Positions 11,645 through 23,145 of a stretch of DNA of 36,715 nucleotides are shown here, piece after piece (positions within the stretch are counted from its first letter, which is position 1; each line of letters opens with the position of its first letter). A program made the translations under genes and the position numbers. Source of the DNA: Plakobranchus ocellatus. Its lineage: Eukaryota. The notes beneath the pieces were generated by a model. The model saw nothing but the letters and a program-made list of their open reading frames with translations, was not told where the DNA came from and made no database searches. The stretch spans positions 1,862,956 to 1,899,670 of the forward strand of contig BLXT01007646.1 in NCBI GenBank assembly GCA_019648995.1. Reading direction: 5' to 3'.

Positions 11645-11852
11645 GTAGGTGTAATATATAAAATCATAACTTTTACCTAAGGTACTGCCAATAGATGGGT
11701 TGTCATAATTTTTGTAATGAAGGAGAGTTAAATAGCCTGAGAAGTAATGCTATCTTTAAAAGATCGTTATTTTAGATCCTTTTTGTTGTGTACATCAGAT
11801 AAATAACTTTGGAACATAATTATGATCTGATAATGATATTATCTGAAAATAT

Positions 11853-11929
11853 TGGCGTGTGTGGTGACTTTTATTGTGATTATGATGACACAATCAAAAT
11901 AAAAGTCATTCACACGCCAATATTTTCAG
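11853..11929. repeat. Near-perfect inverted repeat (hairpin): ~32-bp arms with a ~10-nt loop.
   Basis: ctgaaaatattggcgtgtgtggtgacttttatt ... aaaataaaagtcattcacacgccaatattttcag. The arms are reverse complements except for a 2-3 nt bulge. Confidence 0.9.
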
Positions 11930-12690
11930 ATGGGTAATCATACAATAAAGAGATAAAAACCTCCTTTTTTTGGTGGTATCAAATTTAGCGTGATTTATCC
12001 TCTTTTTCACTGATTTATGTATTCCAGCCTGTGATTGGTGATCCTTACATTCACAACCAAATATTTTTTAAAAAGGGGGAACAATTTTGGAGCCTTTTAG
12101 CAATTCCTCACTTGCATGCTCAGTACCAGAGAGGTCACTGACCCTTAGGCAGGAGATTAAAAAATAGCAGGCTTATTTTAACTTTTATAGTGCATGACTG
12201 TTCACAAGTAAACAGTAGCGCAAGGCATGTATAAACACATAACATTTATAAGTTGTGAAGAAATCAAAATTAACTCAGTCTGACAATGGTGGCCAAACTT
12301 TTTTTTTTTTTTCCGAAGGCCATTGAGTAGGACATTCAAGATAGGTAATACAACGTTATAAATGCGGTATGTGGGATCATCAGATTTTATATCTTCATTT
12401 AGCCTTGTTGTTTTCATTCCAATTTTGAAATGTGCCATTTTTTTTTATTTCATTCAATGATATTTGGTTTTAATCTTTTGTCTTTTTTAATTTACTGTGA
12501 TTGTGGTGACAGAAGATGAAACCTGCAATAAGAATAATGATAATGATAAAAGAGAAATAAAAGATGAGATTCTATTTTTGTAAATCTTATTTATGAATTG
12601 TTCAATTCAGTTAATACTTCAATTTTTCACCTGTTCTTCATCTGAACTTGTTCTGTGTTGTATTTATTTTGCTGTATTTGATTATTACAG

Positions 12691-12852
12691 CTAAAAGAAA
12701 TATCTGTCTTGATGGGTCTCATGTGCAAATACTCTTGCGAAGAATGTGAGTTTATCGTCTTCGATGAAAATGGCTGTGAGGAAGTGCAGCTACAGCCTGG
12801 AACTATTTTGGACAATATGGATGTTGTGTTGAACTCTAAACTTCCTGTCTCA
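12691..12852 (+). CDS. TEP1: TEP1 exon, vWA-like: LKEISVLMGLMCKYSCEECEFIVFDENGCEEVQLQPGTILDNMDVVLNSKLPVS.
   Basis: Aligns with human LLLIGMMITRAEQVDVVLCGGDTLKTAVLKAEEGILKTAIKL. Acceptor gattattacag, donor ca|gtaagt. Phase 0 in, phase 0 out. Confidence 0.8.
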
Positions 12853-13362
12853 GTAAGTTTTGCAACCCTTTTCCTATCTTTGTCAATGTGAACTTAGGAA
12901 TTGTATCCCAATTTTATGTGCATGACTTAAACTTGAAGAATTATTCCTATTGTTAATATTAATACTTAAATTAATGCAAACAGAGCCATTTCATGTAAAA
13001 TTAAATTAAGAAAAAGAATGTCATTACTTTATGCTTAAGTATTTGTTCCTCATCTAGGACGTCTGATTGATAAATTGGACATATTCTATGAAGAAAAGTC
13101 TGGCACAGTGTAAATACGAAAAGCACACAATGACATAATTTTTACACAACTGATGTTGAGTTCAGTTATATTTACTGTGATTTAGATAAGAATACAGATT
13201 TAATTTTTGGCTCTAATTTTGTATGCTTGTGTAATTGATGAAGAAAATGCTCTCTGCAGCAGCAATGTTGAGATCTCAAAAAGGGCAGCTGAGATAAATA
13301 TCAGAATCTGTATAATCTGTCCATATTTCTTAATTTTTCAAAGATGAATGTTTGCCTTCCAG

Positions 13363-13428
13363 ACAAATGAGATGATCAGTGGAGTACCATACTCAGTTTT
13401 ACTTGAGAAATTGAGAGACAAGATCGAA
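13363..13428 (+). CDS. TEP1: TEP1 exon: TNEMISGVPYSVLLEKLRDKIE.
   Basis: Acceptor tttgccttccag, donor gaa|gtaagt. Phase 0 in, phase 0 out. Position is consistent with the human segment QFDENDGWSLNTFGKYLLSLAG. Confidence 0.7.
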
Positions 13429-13516
13429 GTAAGTATCTCAGAAGTTTCAGCTGCATATTCTTACAAGAACACAATATTATTATTATTTTTTTGTTTCTGT
13501 TTTTGTTTTTTATAAA

Positions 13517-13527
13517 ATCTCTCTCTA

Positions 13528-13605
<78 letters not shown>

Positions 13606-13670
13606 TCTCTCTCTCTTCTTCTCCCTCTCTGTCTTTCTCTCTCTCTCTCGCCCCCTCCCTCCCTTCCTTG
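13517..13670. repeat. Long (CT)n/(GA)n polypyrimidine-polypurine microsatellite, about 150 bp.
   Basis: Direct reading: tctctc... with occasional ccc/tct interruptions. It also creates spurious LSLS and RERE ORFs on both strands. Confidence 0.95.
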
Positions 13671-13967
13671 ACTTTTTCAATTTTTTTCATCTCAATTCAA
13701 AATTCCATACAGAAAATATGGCAAAAGATTGTGTATTTTAGCAAGTGCAAAATAGACTGATATTCCTGATAAAATAATGATGTCTCTTGGCACATAGCAT
13801 TGTGGTTTTTTTTGGCTGGTAAGTACAAAATGATAGCGAGGAAAAACTTAAATGGGATTCAAAATATAATGGTTATAATTAAAAACTACAAGTAGGCTGA
13901 ACAGTATGATTTCTCTTTGGAAGCCCAGCAACAGCATTATTTTGCTTTTTTTTCTGCTATTTAACAG

Positions 13968-14113
13968 GTGGATAATCTATTGATATTTGGAGAAGATTTC
14001 TACCCAGACATGGAAAAAGGTGTAGTTGTGAATGACTTTCTAAGAAACTATCGGCATATGGTAAATCCCAACTTGCTGTTCGTATCAGTCACATTTTCAA
14101 GTGCAAAGACAGG
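13968..14113 (+). CDS. TEP1: TEP1 exon: VDNLLIFGEDFYPDMEKGVVVNDFLRNYRHMVNPNLLFVSVTFSSAKT(G).
   Basis: Aligns with human VDRVILLGQSMDDGMINVAKQLYWQRVNSKCLFVGILL. Acceptor tatttaacag, donor gg|gtaagt. Phase 2 out. Confidence 0.85.
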
Positions 14114-14455
14114 GTAAGTGGCTAATGAAATGAGAAACAATCAAATATCCCTTGATTATTTGATCATTTCAGAAGATCAAGTTTGTCTCACTGTTTTATA
14201 ATTTTCCTAAGCCCTAATATGGCATTGATTTGCTGTTGTAGAATGTTCTTCACACAAACTTATCCCACTTTAATTTTATTACTGTTCAGGATCATTGTCA
14301 TTCATTCAGATCAATATAAATCATTAGTTACCTCCTGCATATAAGAATGATTTGCAAGATATTGCTTTGAAAATTAAGAGGTAAAACGAATTATGTAATG
14401 AATAAAGAAAAGATATACTAATCAACAAAAATTGATATGTTTGCGCTATCCACAG

Positions 14456-14527
14456 ATTTGCTCTTAACGTTGATCCGCGGCACCATAATGATGTCTATAT
14501 ATCTGGTTACAGTGATGCTTTGCTGAG
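14456..14527 (+). CDS. TEP1: TEP1 exon: FALNVDPRHHNDVYISGYSDALL(R).
   Basis: Aligns with human LNPNDVTLSGCTDAILK. Acceptor ctatccacag, donor ag|gtatgt. Confidence 0.85.
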
Positions 14528-14696
14528 GTATGTAAAGTTTAGATGATCCATCCATAACTGAAAATGATTTCACTTTTCCTTTAGGTTCAAATTTTGTTCT
14601 ATAGCTCTTCACTTTTCAAATCCAACTTTGACCACTGGTACACCCTAAAACATTTAGCATGAAATTAAACAAAATGAAAATTTTGGTGTGTTTCAG

Positions 14697-14870
14697 GTTT
14701 GTTGCTGAACGTGGAGATTCTAGTCAAATGAATCATGTGGAGAAGATTGATGTGGCCTTTCAGTTGTGCCCTGTTCCAAACAAAAACAAAGCTTCCCACA
14801 GGCCACAAAACTTGCGTTTGAAAATTCCAGCAGAAACTGGCATGCTTAAGCTTACAACACCAACTCCAAG
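14697..14870 (+). CDS. TEP1: TEP1 exon, end of the TROVE/vWA module: FVAERGDSSQMNHVEKIDVAFQLCPVPNKNKASHRPQNLRLKIPAETGMLKLTTPTP(R).
   Basis: Aligns with human FIAEHGASHLLEHVGQMDKIFKIPPPPGKTG. Acceptor gtgtgtttcag, donor ag|gtaggg. Confidence 0.85.
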
Positions 14871-15140
14871 GTAGGGATTAAAAAATCTCATTAGAGAGTA
14901 TTGTTTGTCGATTAGCCACTTTAAAGATATCATTTAAGCAAATACTAGGGGTTTCAAATTTATAGCTTTAACATTTAATATTCTCTCCTTTCAATCATTT
15001 GTGCAATCAGTAATTATCACCAAAATCTAAAAGAAATCATAACAATATTACACCAAATTACAAATTTCTTCAAACCTCTCCTTTTGAATAAAGATAAGCA
15101 ATTAACACCGCATTGCAAATTATTTTTTCTGTTTTATATC

Positions 15141-15532
15141 ATGTGCTCAATCTTTTAGAACAAAGTCTTGTTCTTCATTATCAAAATATGCTCCTCCTTA
15201 TCAAAATACAATTGATTTGAGCTAGTCACCCATTTCTCCGTTTTTAAATTCTGATATATTTTGAAAGCAAACAAAACTCTTGCAACTTTGGGGTATCCAA
15301 CGTCAAGTCTGTTGATTTTGTTTTAGAGTAGAACTTGCTCATGTGCTCAATCTTTTAGAATAAAGTCTTGTTCTTCATTATCAAAATATGCTCCTCCTTA
15401 TCAAAGTACAATTGATTTGAGCTAGTCACCCATTTCTCTGTTTTTAAATTCTGATATATTTTGAAAGCAAACAAAACTCTTGCAACTTTGGGGCATCCAA
15501 AGTCAAATCTGTTGATTTTGTTTTAGAGTAGA
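15141..15532. repeat. Tandem duplication, 2 copies with an exact 200-bp period and about 95% identity, inside the intron.
   Basis: atgtgctcaatcttttagaacaaagtcttgttcttcattatcaaaatatgctcctccttatcaaaatacaattgatttgagctagtcacccatttc... starts at 15141 and again at 15341. Confidence 0.95.
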
Positions 15533-15873
15533 GCGTGGAGAAAGTGGCCTAGGAGAGGTACTTTTTTCAAGATGGAAGGACAGTTTTTAAATGATACATT
15601 GTCAGCTTCCCTCTTTGATGTTCTTAACCCTTTCAAACCTGAGCTCCTTCTGGCTGTCATCCGCTCCCACCTGAGCCCCTGAATAAAATAGCTGAATTCA
15701 GGGTAGGGTACAGATAAATTTATCAGAATGATGAGAATATCATTTACAGAAAAAGAGTCCAATGAATCTAGATCTAGGCTCAGTGAATGTCTCTGATCAT
15801 TTCCTGTCTAAATTCTCTTCCAGAAATCTATTTCTTTCACATCTATCTTTATCTTCAGCTCTATATTCATCTA

Positions 15874-15908
15874 TAGATCTAGATCTAGAATTAGATCTAG
15901 ATCTATCG
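15874..15908. repeat. Short tandem array of the palindromic unit AGATCT(AG).
   Basis: tagatctagatctagaattagatctagatcta. Isolated copies of TAGATCTAG are present near 676-688, 1087-1095, 6127-6135, 6413-6421 and 15767-15775. Confidence 0.8.
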
Positions 15909-16729
15909 GCTCCTCTAACTCATTGTCATAGCTGTCACTTTCATTTTTAAGGTCAATATTGGTCAAATTCTTGTTTAACCTCATCAGAACTAATGATTTG
16001 TTCCAGAACATATTTGCAGAAAACAACTTTTGTTGTGGGGGTTTACCTGACAATGTCCCTGGTTACTCTAGTGCTCTCTTTATGTCTTAATTTGTTAAAA
16101 TTTCACAAAACATGCACACAAAAAAGCTGAGCTTAATGGTCACAACCATCTTTAAGCGATGACAACAGAAACAAAGTCGGTCAAATATTTTTTGAGTCTT
16201 AGGTTTTATGAATGGCTTACTGCATCCTGGTCTACTGGGAATGCAGCAGAGATCCATTGAAGAGGATCCCAGTTATCCAGGAATCTGGTCTGATGAGGTC
16301 AAACACATGAGAACCCAAATTCCAGTCTTGAGTCTTTTACTGTTGCAATAGATGTGCATTTATCTAGGGGTTGTGATCCTTGTAAAGCCTAGTAGCCTAT
16401 AAAAATTATCTTATTCTATCTTTTTTTATATACAAGATTTTGTATGATAATATTCAATGCATAATTTGTCTCCCATGTGTTTGATGACATACTTGTATAA
16501 TTTTGACCCTTTGGATGTAAAGATCCTGAGCATTTTCCTGATCAGTTTGTTTTGAAATACTAAGGTTTTAACAAAAGCTGAACAAGGATAAAGTTTGAAT
16601 GCATTTTTCTTCATTTGTAAATTTCTTTTTCTTTTCATGTTCATTTAACAAGTAAGATATGTTTCTTAAATTTTTAAGCTTGTGAAACAAACTCCACCTT
16701 CTTCATAACTTTTTTTTTCCTGTCTCTAG

Positions 16730-16906
16730 TTGGCGCACTGTTAGGATCTTCATCTCCTCAACATTTAGGGATATGCATGGAGAACGTGACCTTTTGACAC
16801 GCTTCATTTTTCCTGAACTGAGGGCTTTAGCTCGCAGAATGTTCATCAACGTCTATGAAGTTGATTTGAGATGGGGCATTACTGAGGAGCAGAGTAAAGA
16901 GAATAG
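16730..16906 (+). CDS. TEP1: TEP1 exon, first half of DUF4062: (S)[58 protein letters not shown].
   Basis: Near-identical to human [32 protein letters not shown]...IDLRWGVTEEETRRNR. Acceptor cctgtctctag, donor ag|gtaaaa. Confidence 0.95.
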
Positions 16907-17093
16907 GTAAAAAAAAGTCCTGTTTTTTCTGGCTTGTGAGATTCAACTTCACTATATTTTACATGATTTTTTTTTACTTTCACAAAAGAAAAAAGATGCA
17001 GAGATGCCTGAAGTCTTTACCAAAGTATTGAAACTGAACTATCTTTTCAAGGGATACATATCTATGTATATTTCTTCTTCTAATCCTTTTTAG

Positions 17094-17336
17094 CGCTTTG
17101 GAGATATGCTTGCAAGAAGTTTCTCGTTGCCAGCTGTTTCTTGGCTTGCTAGGTGAGCGGTATGGTTGGACGCCAGACTCTAACCAAGTGCCAGACACTT
17201 CTGAATTTGACTGGGTACGCTCTTATGCAGCAGGCGCTTCTGTCACAGAGCTGGAAATACAGTTGGGTGCTTTATCAAAAGTTGGAAACAGCAGAGATAC
17301 AGCATTTTTCTTCATTAGAGACAACTCATTTGAAAA
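17094..17336 (+). CDS. TEP1: TEP1 exon, second half of DUF4062: (S)ALEICLQEVSRCQLFLGLLGERYGWTPDSNQVPDTSEFDWVRSYAAGASVTELEIQLGALSKVGNSRDTAFFFIRDNSFE(K).
   Basis: Aligns with human [59 protein letters not shown]...ALIYFRDSSFLS. Acceptor cctttttag, donor aa|gtgagt. Confidence 0.95.
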
Positions 17337-18442
17337 GTGAGTCTGAAGAATTAAATGTTTTTTGTGGTGGTAGCTTGATATGTTAGTGTCCTAAATCACT
17401 TTGGAGTCCCATATGGCCATTAGTATTTTCCTGCCATATTCTTGCTCTCAACCAAAAAAATGTCCCTGCCTATTGAAAAAAATATATATTATTAGCATCC
17501 ATCAATCAAATTTTTTATGAAGATTCTGCTATTTATAGATGTCACCCTTGGAGGTTGTGTTCCTTTAGCTTCAGAAACAAAAAAAGACAAAAATTGTTAG
17601 CATCATTTTCATTAAGGGTTTACTTTTATCATGTAATCTTCCTATGAACAGTTTTCAATTGAAAGTTGTATGGTTTATCAGATACAGCCAGTGATCCATT
17701 ACAATCTTCTAAAGCAATATTTTTACTATACAGTGACTTTTTCTTGCTTCATTATAATTTCTAAAGATTTATGTGTAGCAGTCCCACAAAATGAGTTGAG
17801 TTGCGTTTTTGCATGATGGACTTTAAATGAAAACCATTAACCAGAGGGGTGAAAACTACTGCCCTTTCTACGGGGAGAGCTTTGTATAGACATGCTATAG
17901 ACTCTGTACATAAAGCATTGGAATTTTTTTTTTTTGCTTCAATATTTTGAGTTGATCCCAGTGATGCAGACCCACAATTTGACTCATTTTGTGAGACCTC
18001 TACACATATAGCAATTAACTTGGGTGCAATTTTGGGTTGTTTCAATTAATTTAGATTAAATTGTAGCTTGTCTTTATGATGGTAAAAGTAAAGTATTGGA
18101 TCCAGTCAATGCTCTTATCTAAAAATGTAAAAAATTTTAGTCTAGTGAAATACCTGCAGAGTTGATTTTAAAATGTGTTTATGGTTACTAATGGGCATCT
18201 CTTCTTCAACTAAGATATAAATCTATCACGGAAGAGATGTTTTACAACATTGTGTATAATTTAAATATAGTCTTCTCCATATCTCCTGCTTTCTCGCAAA
18301 TACTCTCAAGTCATAGTGAAAACAAAATCCAAGTTCAAATTAATTAAGTGCCATTGCAAACATTTGTAAATAAAATTGCTCATTTAGTAAAATAAAAGTG
18401 TTTGTTTATATTTCATAAATCAACATACTCTGATCCTTTCAG

Positions 18443-18556
18443 GTCTGTGCCAGCACCATTTCTCAGTGACTTTGTGGCAGAGTCAGAGACTCACAAATCC
18501 AGACTAGCAAATTTGAAGCAAAGAGTCCGAAGTAGTGGGCTTGAAGTGCATGACGG
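18443..18556 (+). CDS. TEP1: TEP1 exon: SVPAPFLSDFVAESETHKSRLANLKQRVRSSGLEVHD(G).
   Basis: Aligns with human [37 protein letters not shown]. Acceptor tgatcctttcag, donor gg|gtatgt. Confidence 0.9.
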
Positions 18557-19394
18557 GTATGTTTTCAGCTCTCAGAATCTGGATGATCAAAGTGGTTTAT
18601 TTTATTTGATAGAAAAAAAAAAGCTGGGGTACATGGAAGTTTGAAACTTAAATCAAAGGCACAAAAAATAGGCATATTTAGGATGAACCATCATTTTGTT
18701 TGCATAATAAGTAGCACTGCACATTTCAGTGGCAAGTTTTGTGACATCATATATTATTTTTACTGCACTGTGAGGCTCAAATATATTGCTGCCAATAAGT
18801 GTGGCTATAAGTACATTAATGCAATAACTCTCTGTTCTCTCAGCAAGGCATATCTACAACTGCTCTGACTTGTACATGCAATGCCTCATAAATATAATTC
18901 TTTTAAGAGAGCAGATACATTAAATATGTTGTGTTAGTTATTGTGCTTGTTCTTGACAGTGTAGTTAGAGCCTCATTTGTAAGGGTTGAAATGATTTTTA
19001 ATAGATTCCATTCATGTGTGAAATTTCTTGCTATTGTTTCCTCTCATTCCCTTTTCTCTCTACCCATGCTTTTTGTATTGATGCCTTTGAACTTTGAAAC
19101 CTCTCCGCCTGATTTTAGACAAAATGATGTGTTACTTTCTGAACTTAAAAAAACGTATATTTTTAAGTCTTATTTTTTTCTGTTTTCAATGAAAGATTTT
19201 GGTGATAGTTTATTAAAAAGATACACTACATAGAGTTTGCCTCCTTCTATGATCTTTCACAAAATATTTCTTTCCAAGAATTTCCTTTGTTGCAATAACA
19301 AGCTTCAGTAATTTGCAATCCTTGTCCCTCTTTGCAATTTTTTTTTTTTTGTGCACCAGCACTAAAAATTCTGCAACTGTTTGTTCTTCTTCAG

Positions 19395-19515
19395 GTATCC
19401 ATGTCATTGGGGTGGCTTTGTTGCAGGGAAACCTATTGTTGCTGGCCTTGAAGATTTTGGTGCCAAAGTTCTCAATACTTTGATGAATGCTGTTAAAAAA
19501 TTGTGTCCCAAACAG
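19395..19515 (+). CDS. TEP1: TEP1 exon: YPCHWGGFVAGKPIVAGLEDFGAKVLNTLMNAVKKLCPKQ.
   Basis: Aligns with human [40 protein letters not shown]. Acceptor ttcttcttcag, donor cag|gtgaag. Confidence 0.95.
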
Positions 19516-20648
19516 GTGAAGTCTACTATAATAACTTTCTTTTTCCTAGTTTTGGTGAAAATGAGTGTATAGAATATACAAACTTTAACTGGTTACTGTA
19601 AAGTAATTTTTACATGTATTTTAAATTGGTAAGAAAATGTAGCCACTTAAAAACTAATCAATTTAATCAAAATGATGAATTTTGCGATTGGCAAAAGAGG
19701 GAGGGGGAGCATTGGCGTTTCTGGGTGTGCTTATGCATGATTACATTCTGAATTGAGGAAACAGGAAAATTATAGTTTTTAATGCTACTCTAATAGTTTA
19801 TAGTTTCTAATGTTCCCCGACGCTTAGACTAAGCATGGGACCCACTTTACTAATGCTACTCTGTTTTAAGCTGTTTACTCTGATTTAACATCGTTGTGAG
19901 TAAACATGATTTCATCATTGATACAGTCAGCATTGCTTGATGTGAATTTCTCTGCAAAATACTCAGATTAACTGGAAATCCATTTTACAGATATTTTTTT
20001 CTAAGATTTTTTTTTTAACTCGGATATGGATGAGGGTGAGGGTCCCTGATCCATAAGCCCACAACTTTTTAATGGAGGGGTTATCTTCTGTTTGGGAAAA
20101 CTTGCTTAATAAAGAAAACTATTGAAAATTTGGTGCACAAAACTCATTTGCACTACTGAAAAAAAATATATGAAATATATAGGTACAATTTTTGCCCCCA
20201 AAATTTGAAAAATCTTTCAGCTTGAAAAAAAAAGTCTGATTAACTGAACTCAGGCTCAAATTATTTGAAACCTATATATATATATAGAAAAAATTCCATT
20301 TTAGTTGAGATATGCAGATGAATTGAAAATTTAGATTATCTTTGTTCAGGTTAAGCAGAACATCCTAAATTAGTTAAGTATGAACAAATATAAAACATCA
20401 TTTCTGTTAAATTGAATGAAAAAAGGCATAGATTTTAATTCCAAAATAATCCTGACATAAAAATAAATTCTGATTTGAACTAATATTTTATTATTTTAGG
20501 ATAGAATCGTGCTGAAGTGAAAATATAGTTTATTGGATGAGTAATTTCTTTGCAAAAACTCTTGATTTGGATTGTTAGGAAAAGATATTTTAAGGAGCTT
20601 GTAGTCATTTTGCAATGCTTTAAATTGTATATTTATGTTTCTGTATAG

Positions 20649-20831
20649 GATGAAACAATAACCGAAGATGAGCATAACAGCAACTTACAATGGGCTTATG
20701 TTGAGAGTCTTAGTGATGGTTTTGTAGGCCGCAAGGACCTTGTGAAAGATGTCATCTCCAAAATTCTTTGCATTCAGTCAGGAATTCTTTGCATATCAGG
20801 CAAAATGGGTACAGGAAAGACAGCTTTAATG
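20649..20831 (+). CDS. TEP1: TEP1 exon, start of NACHT with the Walker A P-loop: DETITEDEHNSNLQWAYVESLSDGFVGRKDLVKDVISKILCIQSGILCISGKMGTGKTALM.
   Basis: GKMGTGKT at 20799-20822 fits the GxxGxGKT pattern. Aligns with human HGRLSLVTGQSGQGKTAFLASLV. Acceptor tttctgtatag, donor atg|gtgagt. Confidence 0.9.
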
Positions 20832-21503
20832 GTGAGTTTTTCCTCTCAATTTTTGTTCTATCCTCAGCTCAACCACAAAGTAGGGTTTCTGGGCAGATTT
20901 TTTAACTTTCATCTGGTCAAGTTTCTTTCAAATATATGTCCTGAGTGTTATCCTATGTCATCTCACATATAGAAAGAACAATAGTTCTGCTCTCACAATA
21001 ACAAGTTCTAAAATTATTGGTAAAAAAATGCAATAGGCATATCATAGATGTATTGGTTGAAAAATTGGCTTTTCTCTAAATGAATCAGTAATACATTTTG
21101 ACATGCCTATTTCTCTTACAGTTATCAATGCCATCCACAGCTAAATGAGATGGAATTATGGTAAAGTCAAATAAAAAAGGCCACACAAGAGGGAGATAGC
21201 TGTAATCCTACATTATTTTCCAATATATTTTTTACAAGTTTGGTTCCAAATAAAGGTGAATAAAAGAAAAACAGTTGATTAACAAGACATAAATAGAGAA
21301 CTAGAGCCAGAGCATAGATCTTAAAAAACGAATAACAAGGCAATATAAACAATAAATGTCCATATTTTTTGTTTATATGAAGCCATTTTTTTTTCACAAA
21401 CTGAATACTAATAATGTCATGTAGTAACTCCTTTAATTATATTGACCATGTATCCATCTTAACTTAATACTTCATTTGTCTTTTTCCATAATCCCCCTTA
21501 CAG

Positions 21504-21679
21504 GCATTCAGCATTTTGCAATACACCAAACTTAAACATGTTGGTGGAAGCTATGGAGTATTTCTGAACTTTGCTGGCTCAGCTCCAGGTTCAGTGAGTG
21601 TGGCAGCCACAGTGAGGAGACTTGCCCAACAGCTTAACACTCGGTTTGGCCTTGGCCACAACTTACCAGAAGACTTTCA
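21504..21679 (+). CDS. TEP1: TEP1 exon, NACHT: AFSILQYTKLKHVGGSYGVFLNFAGSAPGSVSVAATVRRLAQQLNTRFGLGHNLPEDF(Q).
   Basis: Aligns with human AFLASLVSALQAPDGAKVAPLVFFHFSGARPDQGLALTLLRRLCTYLRGQL. Acceptor cccccttacag. Donor ca|gtcagt was chosen to give the phase 2 that the next exon requires. Confidence 0.8.
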
Positions 21680-22475
21680 GTCAGTATTCGTTAGTTCAAT
21701 AAGTGCATAGCAAAAATAAGGGCACCTTTTTTTGAAACAAAATAAGAGGAAAATTCTTTCTCTTTTTTTAAGTGAAGAGGTTTAAGCTTTCACAAATCTT
21801 TTGTAGTTGCTTATTGAAATTTGTTTGTCTTGAAACTAGCCCTATGAGTTTTAAGAAATAAAGATTTTTTTTTCTTTTCACTTTTCAAAGTGAAGTATCA
21901 TGGCACACACAAAAATGCAGAAACAAAATAATTAGTTGAAGGATCCTAAGGATGCGGGATGATTGAAATAGTTGGAATAAAAATAGAGAAGACAACCACA
22001 AACTTAAAAGAATTGGAACAAAAAGTAATTAAAAGAGTAACATTATACGGTTTTGCCTTTATTATGATTTCACCATAACGAATCTTAAAATGTTTCACCT
22101 TTAATATGGTGTCATCATTACTAGCACAAACCAAAACCATGATAAAGTTGACCATCTGTAATTTTTTTTTTAAATAACAGTGATTCCCAACACAAAAAAG
22201 CCTTAAGGGTCTTATGATTAACTGCAATTGCATTTGGTGAATACCGCTAATACTATGACATGCTGTAGGATAACAGAGCAGATAAGCTACTCAAAATTAC
22301 TTTTGAATCATCTGGGTTAAAAGTTTTTTAAACTTTACAATGTTGTGGAATTAGCATAGGCCAATAAGTTTTAATATCAGTAAAAAGCTTAGAGAAATGT
22401 TTTAATCTATGATCTACAAACATTTTTTGAAAATAAAATAAACAATTTATATTCTTTGGTCTGCCATACTTTCAG

Positions 22476-22623
22476 AAACTTAATCTTTACTCTGAAGTAC
22501 TTGTTGGAAGAAGCAGCTGCTATTTGCCCCTCCAGGCTTGTCATTTTTCTGGATGGTACAGATGAAATGGACAAGACGCATCAGCCCTGCAGTCTTGACT
22601 GGTTGCCTTCTCCTTTACCAGAT
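22476..22623 (+). CDS. TEP1: TEP1 exon, NACHT Walker B: NLIFTLKYLLEEAAAICPSRLVIFLDGTDEMDKTHQPCSLDWLPSPLPD.
   Basis: LVIFLDGTDE at 22537-22566 has the hhhhDGxDE Walker B form. Aligns with human GQTQVLIIDGADRLVDQNGQLISDWIPKKLP. Acceptor ccatactttcag, donor gat|gtaaat. Confidence 0.9.
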
Positions 22624-23145
22624 GTAAATTTTGCCTTTCATAATATTTAGTTTAAATCATTTCTTGTTTGCTAAATTCTAATAATAATTTTCACTCTCTA
22701 ACTTTAACTCAATGTTAACATTTACCTATAAATTATCTTTATGCCTGAACTCAAATGCATAATTTCCCTTTTTCTCCTACACTCTCCTTTGCTTTTTTGT
22801 CTTATTTGGTATGGCGATCATAAATGATTTGAATGGCTAGCTCCTATTGAGAAAATAGAAGGTACCATGCAGAAAAGCAGACCAGGGTAACTTGTTTTGA
22901 AAATTTTGACAGGTAAGTAGTGGGAAAATGTAAAAGATAAAAACATAAAAGCATCCAAAGACAACAATTTATGACAAAAGTGTTTGGCGAGTTTGCTTTA
23001 GATCTGGCCTTGAAGTAGTAGCCATTCAGATTATATTATTTTGAAACTAGTGAGCTTCTTTCTATTGCCTTATTTTACATGCAAAAAAAATACAGATTTG
23101 CTTTATTCGTATTCTCTTTTTTTTTTCATCTTTACCAATTTACAG

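Noticed and set aside
17153-17386. 77-aa ORF in another frame that overlaps exon 15
   Set aside because: It is an alternate reading frame of a confidently assigned DUF4062 coding exon.
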